Part shown: positions 44,375 through 55,212 of the stretch, piece by piece
Layout: each line of letters starts with the position of its first letter
How positions within the stretch are numbered: the first letter of the stretch is position 1
From: Tissierellia bacterium
GTDB taxonomy: Bacteria > Bacillota > Clostridia > Tissierellales > Peptoniphilaceae
Length of the DNA stretch: 64,000 nt
Direction of reading: 5' to 3'
NCBI GenBank assembly: GCA_012728335.1
Contig: JAAYFG010000055.1
Coordinates: 967 to 64,966 of the forward strand
The notes under the pieces: model-generated
The model's input: the letters and a program-made list of their open reading frames with translations, nothing else
Told to the model about the DNA's origin: nothing
The model's database searches: none
Position numbers and translations under genes: made by a program

Positions 44375-45502
44375 GTGAGAATAAAAGTACTTCACTTAAT
44401 AAGTGGAGGAGATACAGGCGGAGCAAAAACTCACATCATTTCGTTATTAAAGGAATTAAAAAATTATGCTGATACTAAATTAGTGTGTTTTATCAATGAT
44501 ACTTTTTATGCAGATGCAAAAGCAGAAGGCATAAATATCGAAGTAATGGAACAAAAAAGACGTTCAGATATGACGATTGTCAAAAAACTCGTAGATGAGA
44601 TAAATAAAGGTGAATATGATATCTTGCATTGTCACGGGGCAAGAGCCAATTTTGTTGCCTATTTTTTGAAAAAACATATTGATATTCCAATGATAACCAC
44701 AGTTCATAGTGATTATCTATTAGATTTTAAGGATAGTTTTTATAAAAATATGATATTTACGCCACTTAATAAAATGGCGCTTAAAAAATTTGATTATTAT
44801 ATTGCAGTTACCAATTCATTTAAAGAAATGCTTGTGGAAAGAGGATTTAAGAGAGATAAAATAGAGACAGTTTACAATGGTATAGATATGAGTGCAGAAG
44901 TAAACTATGTTCCTAGAGATGAATTTTACAAACGATACAATATAGATCCGTCAAATAAATTCGTTACTGGGATTGCAGCCAGATTAGACAAAGTCAAAAA
45001 TCATGAAATGTTGATAAAAGCTGCAAATGAAGCAATAAAAATCAATCCTGAGTTGTTGTTTTTAATAGCAGGTTTAGGAGATGAAGAAACAAATTTAAAA
45101 TCTATGTGCAATGAATATGGAATAGAAGATAATGTTAAATTTCTAGGATTTGTAAACGATCCATATTCGTTTTTTAATGCAATAGACGTAAACACGCTTA
45201 CATCAGTAAGTGAGAGTTTTCCATATGTAATATTGGAAGCTGCAAAAATGAAGACTCCTACAATATCTACTAGAGTTGGTGGAATATATGAAGTAATTGA
45301 AGATGGGGAAAATGGATATCTAGTTAACTCTGATGACTATAAAGAACTTTCGGAAAGAATACTTAATCTTGCAGCAGATCGTGAAAAGCTAAATGAATTT
45401 GGTGAAAAGATATATGAAAAAGTAAGAGATAACTTCTCAACTAAAAATATGGCTGAAGATCAATACAATATCTATATGGACATTCTAAATAAGTGGAGGT
45501 AA
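44375..45502 (+). CDS. Glycosyltransferase family 4 (GT-B, Glycos_transf_1)
   Basis: N-terminal ISGGDTGGAKTH and C-terminal SESFPYVILEAAKMKTPTISTRVGG (E-x7-E region). GTG start after AGGAGG. Confidence 0.8.
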   Translation: MRIKVLHLISGGDTGGAKTHIISLLKELKNYADTKLVCFINDTFYADAKAEGINIEVMEQKRRSDMTIVKKLVDEINKGEYDILHCHGARANFVAYFLKKHIDIPMITTVHSDYLLDFKDSFYKNMIFTPLNKMALKKFDYYIAVTNSFKEMLVERGFKRDKIETVYNGIDMSAEVNYVPRDEFYKRYNIDPSNKFVTGIAARLDKVKNHEMLIKAANEAIKINPELLFLIAGLGDEETNLKSMCNEYGIEDNVKFLGFVNDPYSFFNAIDVNTLTSVSESFPYVILEAAKMKTPTISTRVGGIYEVIEDGENGYLVNSDDYKELSERILNLAADREKLNEFGEKIYEKVRDNFSTKNMAEDQYNIYMDILNKWR

Positions 45503-45507
45503 ACAAA

Positions 45508-45990
45508 GTGAAAATAGTTGATGAAAAAGGTAAGTTATTTGGTCTAGTAAACCTAATAGACTTATTAGTTGTTTTAGTATTAGTGGCAGTAGTATTTGGT
45601 GGAGTAAAAAGACTTGGATCAAGACCTACTGTTTCAGACAGCTCTTCAAAGGGCATAGTAACTTATGAAATAAAAGAAGTAAGACAAGTAACTGTAGACA
45701 ATATAGTAGTTGGTGATCCAATATATCATTATGACAAAGGAACTTATATAGGAACTATCGTTGATAAGAAAGTAGAACCTTTTAAAGACTATGTTGAATA
45801 TAATGGACAATGGGTAAATGCCGAAAAAGAAGGCAGATATGTAGTGACTATTGAAGTTGAAGCTGATGTGAAAGAAAGCACAGAAAATTTTGTCGTAGGT
45901 GGAGAGCAAACGAGAGTAGGAGTTGAGCAAAGACTTAAGAATAAAAGAGCTGCATACTTCGGAAATTGTTTAGGGATAGAATTAAAGTAA
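45508..45990 (+). CDS. DUF4330 domain protein
   Basis: N-terminal KIVDEKGKLFGLVNLIDLLVVLVLVAV pattern typical of DUF4330. GTG 45508 lies 7 nt after GGAGGT. Confidence 0.6.
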   Translation: MKIVDEKGKLFGLVNLIDLLVVLVLVAVVFGGVKRLGSRPTVSDSSSKGIVTYEIKEVRQVTVDNIVVGDPIYHYDKGTYIGTIVDKKVEPFKDYVEYNGQWVNAEKEGRYVVTIEVEADVKESTENFVVGGEQTRVGVEQRLKNKRAAYFGNCLGIELK

Positions 45991-46007
45991 AGAGTCTAGG
46001 TGATTAG

Positions 46008-46559
46008 ATGTATAATAGTATATTCATAGGCTTTGTTATGAAGATAGTAAATTTTGTAAAAGGCCTTTATAGATATAGCTTTATTCATAAATTGATGACT
46101 GCAATCAAGAAGCTTTTTGTAAGACTTGGTAGTGGTTCTAAAGTAATTCATTTTCTAAACAATGAAAATAGCATAATTAAATACTCGGTTTTATATAAGG
46201 TATATTCTAGTTTTTGGAAATTAATAGAGTCTATTGCAACTAAGTTAAATAGATTCTTTAAGAAATTCTATGATTCCAGTATGACTGTAGAATCTATAGC
46301 ATATTATAATAGAGATGAGAGTATGATACTTAGGTTTGTATATTTGTTTATGCTTTTTTCAGGGATAGGTATAGGGCTTATGAGTATTTTCTCCTTAAAC
46401 ACAGGATATGGAAATATTCTTAGTTTGATGCTATTTATAGTTGGACTAATTGGACTATTAGTGAATGGTTACGAAAAGACAATTTTTATGAATTCAAAAG
46501 TTGTAGTATTCATCAGTGATATATTCCGCTTAGATGACGGAGGTGAGCACTGGTGGTAG
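46008..46559 (+). CDS. Hypothetical membrane protein
   Basis: 183-aa ORF with C-terminal TM segments. AGGTGA SD. Sits inside the polysaccharide cluster. Confidence 0.5.
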   Translation: MYNSIFIGFVMKIVNFVKGLYRYSFIHKLMTAIKKLFVRLGSGSKVIHFLNNENSIIKYSVLYKVYSSFWKLIESIATKLNRFFKKFYDSSMTVESIAYYNRDESMILRFVYLFMLFSGIGIGLMSIFSLNTGYGNILSLMLFIVGLIGLLVNGYEKTIFMNSKVVVFISDIFRLDDGGEHWW

Positions 46560-47932
46560 AGAGAAAGAGTAGAATAAATGTAGTACTACCAATGATTCTA
46601 TCATTAGCTGTCATAGTGCTTTATAGATATTTGGAATTAAAGTTCGCTGTGGCGTTAATCGTTGGAATAATTGGATTTGTATTAGTAAATTACAATATAA
46701 AAATAGGTATATTAGGTGCGACTTTTCTTATGCCTTTTATGCCTGATAAAATTGGATTGGCTATGATGCTGTCTTTGAGCGTATTCTTTTTTATAAAATA
46801 TGTATTGATAGAACCAAAGCCATTAAAAGCAACGATTTTTGGTGCGATTATAGGAGTTTATTTTATAATTGCATGTATAGCAACTTTTACTTCCATAAGT
46901 TTAAGCGGAAGTATAAGGGATATAGGGCTTCATATGGGAGGTCTTAGCTATGCATTTGTGGTAATTAATACTATTGAGACTAAAGAGGATTTGAATACTC
47001 TACTTACAGTTTTAATGGTATCGGCTACACTAGTTGCACTATACGGGGTACTACAGTACTTCACAGGTGTTGAAATTGCTAGAGAATGGATGGACGTAGA
47101 AAGCAGTCCAGATATTTCTGCAAGGGTATATTCTGTGTTTGGTAATCCAAATATACTTGCAGAATATTTAGTAATACTGTGTCCTATTGGAGTCGGTATG
47201 ATGTGGCAAACTAAGTCCATTAAGAAAAAACCTATTTTCTTTCTAGGAGCAGTAAGTATGCTTATTGCATTGATACTTACAATGTCTAGAGGTGGCTGGT
47301 TAGGTATTGCATTTGCAGCATTAGTATTTGTGTTATTGGTAGATAGAAGATTGTTACTTCTTGCAATTCCAATCGTTATAGCTGCATTTTTCTTATTGCC
47401 AACATCAATACTAAATAGGATAACTAGTATTGGAAATATGGCTGACTCATCAATAAAACACAGATTTGATATCCTAAATGTAACTTTTAATGTAATAAGG
47501 GACAATTGGGTGGCAGGAGTAGGTTTCGGTTATTTGCCATTTAAAATGGTATTTGAAACCTATAATAGATATATCAATATGTATCATGTTCACAATACTT
47601 ATTTGCAGACGATGGGAGAGTTGGGGATTCCTGCTTTCACAATATTTGCTACGATGTTGTTTACATTTATAAAGTATCCAATATTGAAACTAGTAAAAAG
47701 AAAAGATGATACTTATTATAGATATGTTGGAGCAGGTATAGTTGCAGGATTAGTCGGAATACTAAGCCAAGGGTTTTTTGAAAGTATTCTATATCTACCT
47801 AGAATAATCTTTATATTCTGGACAGTAGTTGGAATTATGATTGCAATGGTAAATATAGCAAGCAAAGACAATGATATTGAGCTTAACAGCATTGATCAAT
47901 CAGTCGTTGTGAAGAGGGGAAATAGGAAATAA
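46553..47932 (+). CDS. O-antigen ligase/polymerase-like (Wzy_C domain) membrane protein
   Basis: About 12 TM segments. LTMSRGGWLG motif in the Wzy_C loop. GTG start after GGAGGTGA. Confidence 0.75.
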   Translation: MVERKSRINVVLPMILSLAVIVLYRYLELKFAVALIVGIIGFVLVNYNIKIGILGATFLMPFMPDKIGLAMMLSLSVFFFIKYVLIEPKPLKATIFGAIIGVYFIIACIATFTSISLSGSIRDIGLHMGGLSYAFVVINTIETKEDLNTLLTVLMVSATLVALYGVLQYFTGVEIAREWMDVESSPDISARVYSVFGNPNILAEYLVILCPIGVGMMWQTKSIKKKPIFFLGAVSMLIALILTMSRGGWLGIAFAALVFVLLVDRRLLLLAIPIVIAAFFLLPTSILNRITSIGNMADSSIKHRFDILNVTFNVIRDNWVAGVGFGYLPFKMVFETYNRYINMYHVHNTYLQTMGELGIPAFTIFATMLFTFIKYPILKLVKRKDDTYYRYVGAGIVAGLVGILSQGFFESILYLPRIIFIFWTVVGIMIAMVNIASKDNDIELNSIDQSVVVKRGNRK

Positions 47933-47933
47933 T

Positions 47934-49046
47934 ATGAAGAAAGTCTTATTATCAGGATACTATGGCTTTGATAATAGCGGTGATGATGCCATATTAAGAG
48001 CTTTAGTCGATGACATAAAAAAATTAAATAGCGATATTGAAATCATCGTACTATCTAAAGATCCTGCTAAGACTGAGAGATTATATGGTGTAAAAGCTGT
48101 AAATAGATTTAGTATTAAAGAGGTCAATAGCGCACTAAACTATGTAGATATGTTTGTGTCTGGTGGTGGTTCGTTACTTCAAGACGTAACCAGTACTAGA
48201 TCGATTATTTACTATTTAGCGGTAATCTATATGGCACTTATGAAGAAAAAGAAGACATATGTAATAGCTAATGGAATAGGTCCTATAGATAAACCTTTTA
48301 ATAGGAGAATGACGAAGAAGATTCTAAACAGGGTTGATTATATAACGCTTAGAGATGAAGATTCTTTTGAGTTTGTAAAAGAGCTTAATGTGAAAAACCC
48401 TAAAATAGAGGTAACATCTGATCCGGTTTTCAGATTAAAGGAAACTAGTGAAGAGAGAATAGATGAAATATTTGAATTGGAGAAGTTTCCTAAGGATAGA
48501 AAACTAGTAGGAATTTCACTGAGGAATTGGAAAAACATCGATAATATAATTGAAAATTTATCAGAGTTTTGCAATAGGATAATAAGCGAAGAAGATGTCG
48601 ATATAGTATTTATTCCTATGCATTTTCCAGAGGATTTAGATATTTCTAAACAAGTTATGGATAAAATTGAGTATAGAGATAATATTCATATCTTGGACAA
48701 TAAGTACTCTGCTGAGGAGATTATTGGGGTAATAAGTAGATTAGATATTATTCTTGCAATGAGACTTCATGCTTTAATATACGCAATCAAATGTGAAACT
48801 CCTATAGTTGGATTGGTATATGATCCAAAACTTGATGGGCTTTTAAAGGAAGTTGAAGTCGAAGAAAAAGTTAATATTGAAGACTTTACCGTAGATGAAC
48901 TTTATGATAATTTTATGAAAGTGTACTCTGATATAGATGGACATCTCAACAATTTACATGATCATAGAATTAGACTTCAATCTGCAGCAAAGAGAAATAT
49001 AGACATTATTGAAGAACTTTTGGAGGGCGAAAATGGAAAAAATTAG
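47934..49046 (+). CDS. csaB: Polysaccharide pyruvyl transferase
   Basis: N-terminal LSGYYGFDNSGDDAIL and GGGSLLQD motifs characteristic of CsaB. Confidence 0.8.
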   Translation: MKKVLLSGYYGFDNSGDDAILRALVDDIKKLNSDIEIIVLSKDPAKTERLYGVKAVNRFSIKEVNSALNYVDMFVSGGGSLLQDVTSTRSIIYYLAVIYMALMKKKKTYVIANGIGPIDKPFNRRMTKKILNRVDYITLRDEDSFEFVKELNVKNPKIEVTSDPVFRLKETSEERIDEIFELEKFPKDRKLVGISLRNWKNIDNIIENLSEFCNRIISEEDVDIVFIPMHFPEDLDISKQVMDKIEYRDNIHILDNKYSAEEIIGVISRLDIILAMRLHALIYAIKCETPIVGLVYDPKLDGLLKEVEVEEKVNIEDFTVDELYDNFMKVYSDIDGHLNNLHDHRIRLQSAAKRNIDIIEELLEGENGKN

Positions 49047-49815
49047 TATTTTCGGTGTAGAAATTTTCAACACTACTCTTGAAGAAACTATGAAAATCGT
49101 AAGTGATTTTCTTGATGGAGAAGATACTAAAGTCGGTTTTACTCCAAACACTGAAATTGTAATGGCTTGTAGAGATGATTTAGAAAATAGAAAATTGGTC
49201 AATTCTGCTGATTTGGTCGTTCCTGATGGAATCGGACTTATCTATGCTTCAAAAATTCATAAAAAACCTTTAAAAGAGAGAGTTACTGGCTTTGATATTT
49301 CAATGAACATTTTAAAAATGGGAAGAGAAAAGCCGATAAAACTTTATTTGTTAGGTGGAAAAGATGGAATCGCGAAAATGGCAAAGGCAAATATTGAAAG
49401 AGATTATGAAGGTATAGAAGTAGTAGGTTATCATCATGGATACTTTAAGGGAAGTCAATTTGATATTTATGACGATGAAAAAGAGCAGAATATAATTGAA
49501 GAAATAAATGAACTTAAGCCAGATGTGATTTTTGTAGGATTTGGTTTTCCTAGACAAGAAAAATGGATAGCTCATAATAGAGATATTTTGAATACTAAGT
49601 TTTTAATTGGTAATGGAGGAGTAATAGATATCTTAGCAGGAGTTACAAAAGAGACTCCAAAGATATTTGTAAAGCTTAATCTAGAATGGTTTTATAGACT
49701 TATTAAGCAACCATCTAGAATAATTAGACAAATTGCATTGCCAAAGTTTTTAATTAGTGTGTTGATAAATAAGGATTCTGTAAAACTAGAGGGGGATGTA
49801 AATGAACAAAGATAA
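49033..49815 (+). CDS. tagA: WecB/TagA/CpsF family glycosyltransferase (N-acetylmannosaminyltransferase-like)
   Basis: VVPDGIGLIYASK and VGFGFPRQEKW motifs. ATG 49033 follows GGAGGG. Confidence 0.75.
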   Translation: MEKISIFGVEIFNTTLEETMKIVSDFLDGEDTKVGFTPNTEIVMACRDDLENRKLVNSADLVVPDGIGLIYASKIHKKPLKERVTGFDISMNILKMGREKPIKLYLLGGKDGIAKMAKANIERDYEGIEVVGYHHGYFKGSQFDIYDDEKEQNIIEEINELKPDVIFVGFGFPRQEKWIAHNRDILNTKFLIGNGGVIDILAGVTKETPKIFVKLNLEWFYRLIKQPSRIIRQIALPKFLISVLINKDSVKLEGDVNEQR

Positions 49816-51784
49816 TTTAACTGTTAATGCAATTAGATTTTTATCAGTAGATGCAATTCAGAAAGCAAATTCTGGACACCCAGGATTACCACTTGGAGCA
49901 GCACCTATGTCATATGCACTGTGGGGGAATCACCTAAATATTAACCCTAAGGATTCAAACTGGTTTAATAGAGATAGATTTATACTATCAGCAGGTCATG
50001 GCTCCGCTATGCTTTATGCTCTATTACATCTTTATGGATTTGATGTTACTATTGACGATATTAAAGATTTCCGTCAATTAAATAGTAGAACTCCAGGACA
50101 TCCAGAACTTGGATACACTGATGGAGTTGAATCTAGCACAGGACCATTAGGTCAGGGAATCAGTATGGCTGTTGGTCTTGCGATGGCAGAAGAACACTTA
50201 GCTGCAAAATACAATAAAGAAGATGCTAAATTAATAGATCACTACACTTATTCACTATGTGGAGATGGTGATTTAATGGAAGGTATCGGCTATGAAGCTT
50301 GTTCATTGGCGGGAACACTAGGACTTGGAAAGCTTATAGTTCTTTATGACTCTAACTCAATTTCCATTGAGGGAAATACTGATATAGCGTTTACAGAAGA
50401 TATAGTAAAGAGATTTGAAGGCTTTAATTGGCAAGTAATTGAAGTTGAAGATGGCAATGATATTGCTAAAATAAGTGAAGCGATTGAAAAAGCTAAATTG
50501 GAAATGAATAAGCCTACTCTTATTAAGATAACTACTGTAATAGGATATGGTTCACCAAAAGCTAATCAAGCAGCTTCTCATGGCTCTCCTCTAGGAGATG
50601 ACAATCTAACTATCACAAGAAATGAGCTTAATTGGAACTATGAACCATTTGTAGTACCAGAAGAAGTATATGCTAATACATCAGAACAATTAGCTGAAAA
50701 AGAAGCTGTATACACTGAATGGAAGCAATTAGAAAGTGAGTATAGCAATAAGTATTCTGAAGATTATAAACAATTGATGAATGATATAAATGGAGTACTT
50801 CCTGAAAATCTATTTGATGAAGAATACTTCACATTCGATAAAGACTTGGCTTCAAGAGCAGCTTCAGGAATATGCTTAAATAGGATTGCCGAAAAAGTAA
50901 ACAATCTTTTTGGTGGATCAGCAGATTTAGGACCATCAAATCAAACAGAGCTTAAAAACTCGAATTGGTTTTCTAAAGAGAATAGAGATGGTAAAAACAT
51001 TCATTTTGGAGTTAGAGAGCACGCTATGGCAGCAATTGCCAATGGTCTTAAATTACATGGTGGATTACACCCATATGTTGCAACTTTCTTAGTATTTAGT
51101 GATTATATGAAAGGTGCAATCAGACTTAGTAGTATTATGAAATTGTCGGTAACTTATGTATTGACTCATGATAGTATTGGAGTAGGAGAAGATGGACCTA
51201 CTCATCAACCGATTGAACATCTTGCGATGTTACGTTCAACACCGAATTTAGTTACTTTTAGACCTGCAGATGCTAAAGAAACAGCAGTAGGTTGGAAAAT
51301 TGCTATGGAATCTAAAGACACACCTATAGCGATGGCATTAAGTAGACAAACACTACCTAATCTAAAAGGAAGTTCCTTAGATGCTGAAAAAGGTGGATAT
51401 ATTATAGCTGAAGAAATTGGAGAACTAGATTTAATACTATTGTCATCAGGTTCTGAAGTTAGCCTAGCTGTTAAAGCTAAGGAAGTTTTAGAAAAAGATG
51501 GCTATGGAGTTAGAGTCGTAAGTATGCCTTCAATGGAAATCTTTGATAAGCAAACTAAAGAATACAAAGATAGCGTATTACCAAGAGAAGTGAGAAATAG
51601 AGTTTCAATAGAAGCGGCATCAACATTTGGTTGGGGTAAATATGTCGGATTAGATGGTATTTCCATTGGAATAGATTCATTTGGAGCATCTGGACCAGGA
51701 AACGATGTTTATGAATACTTTAAAATCACTTGTGATGAATTAGTTACAAAGTCTAAAGAATTGTTAAATAACAATAACAAATAG
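49802..51784 (+). CDS. tkt: Transketolase
   Basis: SGHPG, GDGDLMEG (ThDP motif) and HDSIGVGEDGPTHQPIE motifs. 660 aa. Confidence 0.95.
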   Translation: MNKDNLTVNAIRFLSVDAIQKANSGHPGLPLGAAPMSYALWGNHLNINPKDSNWFNRDRFILSAGHGSAMLYALLHLYGFDVTIDDIKDFRQLNSRTPGHPELGYTDGVESSTGPLGQGISMAVGLAMAEEHLAAKYNKEDAKLIDHYTYSLCGDGDLMEGIGYEACSLAGTLGLGKLIVLYDSNSISIEGNTDIAFTEDIVKRFEGFNWQVIEVEDGNDIAKISEAIEKAKLEMNKPTLIKITTVIGYGSPKANQAASHGSPLGDDNLTITRNELNWNYEPFVVPEEVYANTSEQLAEKEAVYTEWKQLESEYSNKYSEDYKQLMNDINGVLPENLFDEEYFTFDKDLASRAASGICLNRIAEKVNNLFGGSADLGPSNQTELKNSNWFSKENRDGKNIHFGVREHAMAAIANGLKLHGGLHPYVATFLVFSDYMKGAIRLSSIMKLSVTYVLTHDSIGVGEDGPTHQPIEHLAMLRSTPNLVTFRPADAKETAVGWKIAMESKDTPIAMALSRQTLPNLKGSSLDAEKGGYIIAEEIGELDLILLSSGSEVSLAVKAKEVLEKDGYGVRVVSMPSMEIFDKQTKEYKDSVLPREVRNRVSIEAASTFGWGKYVGLDGISIGIDSFGASGPGNDVYEYFKITCDELVTKSKELLNNNNK

Positions 51785-51851
51785 CACAAAAAAGTTGAAA
51801 AAATAAATGTTTAACGGTATAATTAGAGAATAACAGGGGGTGTATTAAGTA

Positions 51852-52208
51852 ATGAATAAAAAATTAAGAGTGAGCCTTGTAATCGCAGCAGGTGCGCTAG
51901 CATTAGTAGGTTGTGGAAAAAAAGAAGCAGCTTTAACTGATGGTACTTACACAGGTTCTGCTGAAGGTTTCAACGCTGAAACTCCAGTAGAAGTTTCAGT
52001 AACTGTAGCAGAAGGTAAAATTTCTGCAGTTGAAGTAGTTAATCATGACGAATCAGTTGATGATCTTGATGTTGTAGCTCAAGCAATTGAAGACGTTCCA
52101 GCATCTATCGTTTCTAAAGGCGGTACAGATGTTGATGGAGTAGCAGGTGCTACTTACACAAGTAATGCTATAAAAGCAGCAGTTGACGCAGCATTAAAAG
52201 CAGAATAA
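51852..52208 (+). CDS. FMN-binding domain lipoprotein
   Basis: Lipobox [22 protein letters not shown]_bind motif. Confidence 0.7.
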
Positions 52209-52268
52209 TTTAAATTCAGAAAGCTTGTCTATTATAGGCAAGCTTTCTCTGTTATATGGGAGAAACTT

Positions 52269-52874
52269 ATGAACTACTATGCAGTGAAAAAAGGAAGAAA
52301 ACCTGGAATATATGGAACTTGGGCAGAGTGTGAAACGCAAGTAAAGGGATTTAGTGGAGCTGTTTATAAGAAATTCAATAATCTTAAAGAGGCTGAATCA
52401 TTCATAGATGGAGTAGAAAAAAACACTGAAGCTAAATCTGAAGATATAGAAATATTGCCAGGGGAAATGATAGCTTATGTGGATGGAAGTTATGATATAA
52501 ATGATATGAGCTATAGCTATGGTGGGGTGTTAATTACTTCTGAAGAAGAAATTGAAATATCGAAAAGGTATATTGCAGATGAATTGTCTACTTTTAGAAA
52601 CGTAGCAGGTGAGTTAAAGGGAGCCATCGCAGCAATAGAAAAAGCTTTAGATATGGGAATTAAGAAGATTTACTTACACTATGACTATACGGGAATAGAA
52701 AATTGGGCTAAAGGGAATTGGAAAACAAATAATATAGCCACACAAGATTATAAGAAATTTATAGATTCAATAAAAGATGATATTGAAATAGAATTTATCA
52801 AAGTTGCAGCACATAGTGGCATTTACTATAATGAAAAAGCAGATGAATTAGCAAAAAAAGCTAGAATTAGTTAA
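52269..52874 (+). CDS. rnhA: Ribonuclease H1 with N-terminal hybrid-binding (viroplasmin-like) domain
   Basis: N-terminal YYAVKKGRKPGIYGTWAECETQVKGFSGAVYKKF. RNase H core AYVDGS ... VAAHSGIYYNEKADELAK. Confidence 0.75.
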   Translation: MNYYAVKKGRKPGIYGTWAECETQVKGFSGAVYKKFNNLKEAESFIDGVEKNTEAKSEDIEILPGEMIAYVDGSYDINDMSYSYGGVLITSEEEIEISKRYIADELSTFRNVAGELKGAIAAIEKALDMGIKKIYLHYDYTGIENWAKGNWKTNNIATQDYKKFIDSIKDDIEIEFIKVAAHSGIYYNEKADELAKKARIS

Positions 52875-52878
52875 GAAA

Positions 52879-53304
52879 CTAATCTAGCTTTTTGTATATT
52901 ATGCCGTTTTTATCGAACAGTTCAAGAGCATATTCATCTACTCTATAACTATTCATATAATAGATTTCACTTATTCCTGCTTGTATCAGTGCTTTAGTAC
53001 AGTTTAGACAAGGAAAGTGTGTAACATAAGCTTTGCAACCTTTTACAGAAATTCCTTCTTTCGCACAGTATAATAGTGCATTCATTTCAGCGTGTATAGT
53101 CGCGATACAGTGACCGTCTCTCATAGTATGACCAACGTCATCGCAATGAGCATTTCCTGCAACTGAGCCATTATATCCAGTAGATACAATTCTGTTGTCT
53201 TCGTTTACTAAAACACAACCAACTAATGCTCTGTCACAAGTAGATCTAGTAGCAACCATTTTTGTAATATCCATAAAATATTCATTCCAACTCACTCGAG
53301 CCAT
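52879..53304 (-). CDS. comEB: dCMP deaminase (ComEB family)
   Basis: HAEMNAL and PCLNC zinc-binding motifs. 141 aa. Confidence 0.88.
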   Translation of the reverse strand: MARVSWNEYFMDITKMVATRSTCDRALVGCVLVNEDNRIVSTGYNGSVAGNAHCDDVGHTMRDGHCIATIHAEMNALLYCAKEGISVKGCKAYVTHFPCLNCTKALIQAGISEIYYMNSYRVDEYALELFDKNGIIYKKLD

Positions 53305-53400
53305 AATATCACCTCTCTAAAATTATAGCATATAATGGGCAGATTATGGGTATTAATATATAGAGCAATAATAAATAAATCATAAATAAGAGGTGTAAAA

Positions 53401-53802
53401 ATGTTAAAAGAATTTAAAGAATTTGCAAGCAAAGGTAATTTTGTTGATATGGCAATAGGTATTATCATGGGTGGCGCTGTGGGAGCGGTAGTTCAATCAA
53501 TAGTCGATATACTTATGGAGATTATTTCTGCATTGGCATTTGGACAAGGATTGGAAAATCTAAGTGTAACTATTGCTGGTGTACCAATTGCATACGGAAC
53601 GACATTGACTGCGCTAATTAATTTTGTTATAATTGCATTTACAATGTTTTTAATCGTTAAAGCTATTAATAGAATGAATGCATTAGTTCCAGCAGCAGAA
53701 GTGGTGGAGGAAGCTCCAACAACAAAAGTTTGCCCTTTCTGTAAAACAGAAATTTCAATTGAAGCAACAAGATGTGCTAATTGTACATCACATTTGGATT
53801 AG
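53401..53802 (+). CDS. mscL: Large-conductance mechanosensitive channel with C-terminal zinc-ribbon tail
   Basis: MLKEFKEFASKGNFVDMAIGIIMGGA N-terminus. C-terminal CPFC...CANC. Confidence 0.9.
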   Translation: MLKEFKEFASKGNFVDMAIGIIMGGAVGAVVQSIVDILMEIISALAFGQGLENLSVTIAGVPIAYGTTLTALINFVIIAFTMFLIVKAINRMNALVPAAEVVEEAPTTKVCPFCKTEISIEATRCANCTSHLD

Positions 53803-53821
53803 TGAATAGGAGGTGTAATTT

Positions 53822-55012
53822 GTGTATGGATTAGTATTAGAAGGTGGAGGAGCAAGAGGTTCATATCATATTGGTGCATACAAGGCTTTGGAAGATTTAG
53901 GAATAACCGATGAGATAAGTGTCGTTACTGGTACATCTATAGGCTCAATAAATGGTGCTATGATCGTTCAAGGCGATGCGGATTATGCCGAAAAAATGTG
54001 GAGAGAAGCTATTTATTCAATGGCAGTAAAAGTAGATGATGAATTAGTATATGATCTTATACATGGGGATAAGAGTATAAAAAATTTGCCAAGAGACCTA
54101 AGTAGTATAGTAAATGTATTCTCTAAAGGTGGACTAGATATAACTCCTCTAAAAGAATTATTGAATGCTAAGGTCGATGAGGAAAAAGTTAGAAATTCTA
54201 AGATGAAACTTGGCTTAGTAACTGTGAATATCTCAGATTTGCAACCACTGGAACTATATATTGATGAAATTCCAGAAGGAGAATTGGTGAATTATCTAAT
54301 TGCATCAAGCTATTTGCCAGGATTTAAAATGGAACCATTAAGTGGTAAATACTATTTAGACGGTGGATTTTATGATAGAATGCCAATTAAAATGCTTAAG
54401 AGAGTAGATGTCGATAAAGCAATAGCTATAAGAACCCACAAAGATAAAGTCGATAAAGAAATTCTTAATAATGAGAATATAATCATGGTGGAACCAAAGC
54501 AAGAACTATTTGGAATATATGACATTACTCCAGAAAATGGTGTTTATGGCTTAAATCTAGGCTATTACGACACTATGCGAACTTTTAAAAACCTATATGG
54601 TGAAAAATACTATATAGAACCATTTGAAGAAAAATTTGCATTTGAGTTCTTCAATCGCGATGTTGAAGTAATGAAAAGAGTAAACGGTATTATGAAAAAT
54701 GAAGAGGGTAGTGTATATAGAAACTATTATGAAAAATCAATACCGACTTTGTTTAAGATATTAAATATCGATGATGGAAATCTAAGCGATTTACTAATAG
54801 CAGCGCTAGAAGTGAGACTTACTAGTTTAGAAGTAGACCAGTTTAAAATATACACAGTAGAGGAATTGCTTGAAAAAGTTAAAGGAAGTCAATTTTGCCA
54901 AATGGAAGATAGAGAATCAATTTTGGCTATCTTGGTATCTAGAATCAATCCAGTAAATATACTAAATAGTGAAGAAATAATAACAAATGTATTAGATATA
55001 CTATTCGAATGA
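53822..55012 (+). CDS. Patatin-like phospholipase
   Basis: GGGARGSYHIG oxyanion motif and GTSIGS (GxSxG). GTG start after AGGAGG. Confidence 0.8.
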   Translation: MYGLVLEGGGARGSYHIGAYKALEDLGITDEISVVTGTSIGSINGAMIVQGDADYAEKMWREAIYSMAVKVDDELVYDLIHGDKSIKNLPRDLSSIVNVFSKGGLDITPLKELLNAKVDEEKVRNSKMKLGLVTVNISDLQPLELYIDEIPEGELVNYLIASSYLPGFKMEPLSGKYYLDGGFYDRMPIKMLKRVDVDKAIAIRTHKDKVDKEILNNENIIMVEPKQELFGIYDITPENGVYGLNLGYYDTMRTFKNLYGEKYYIEPFEEKFAFEFFNRDVEVMKRVNGIMKNEEGSVYRNYYEKSIPTLFKILNIDDGNLSDLLIAALEVRLTSLEVDQFKIYTVEELLEKVKGSQFCQMEDRESILAILVSRINPVNILNSEEIITNVLDILFE

Positions 55013-55076
55013 TTTTATAAAAGCAGTGGTAGATAAGAACTGATCACAGGGATGTAATTTAATAAAAATCCTTGTT

Positions 55077-55129
55077 AATTAGGTTATATTAACTTGACTA
55101 GATGCCGGGTAAGATATAACCTAATTTTT
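55077..55129 (+). terminator. Long-stem terminator
   Basis: 13-bp perfect stem AATTAGGTTATAT...ATATAACCTAATT plus TTTT. Confidence 0.7.
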
Positions 55130-55212
55130 GTATTTATTTTAAAACCTTAAATTACTTGATTTTTAAATTATACTTAAATTTGAACTAATTATTAAATGAT
55201 GATACAATTTAG

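Noticed and set aside
53700-53802. C-terminal CPFC...CANC zinc-ribbon tail on MscL as a novel feature
   Set aside because: As far as I recall, similar Cys4 tails occur on MscL homologs of many Clostridia and Bacteroidetes. It is noted in the feature call but not treated as novel.
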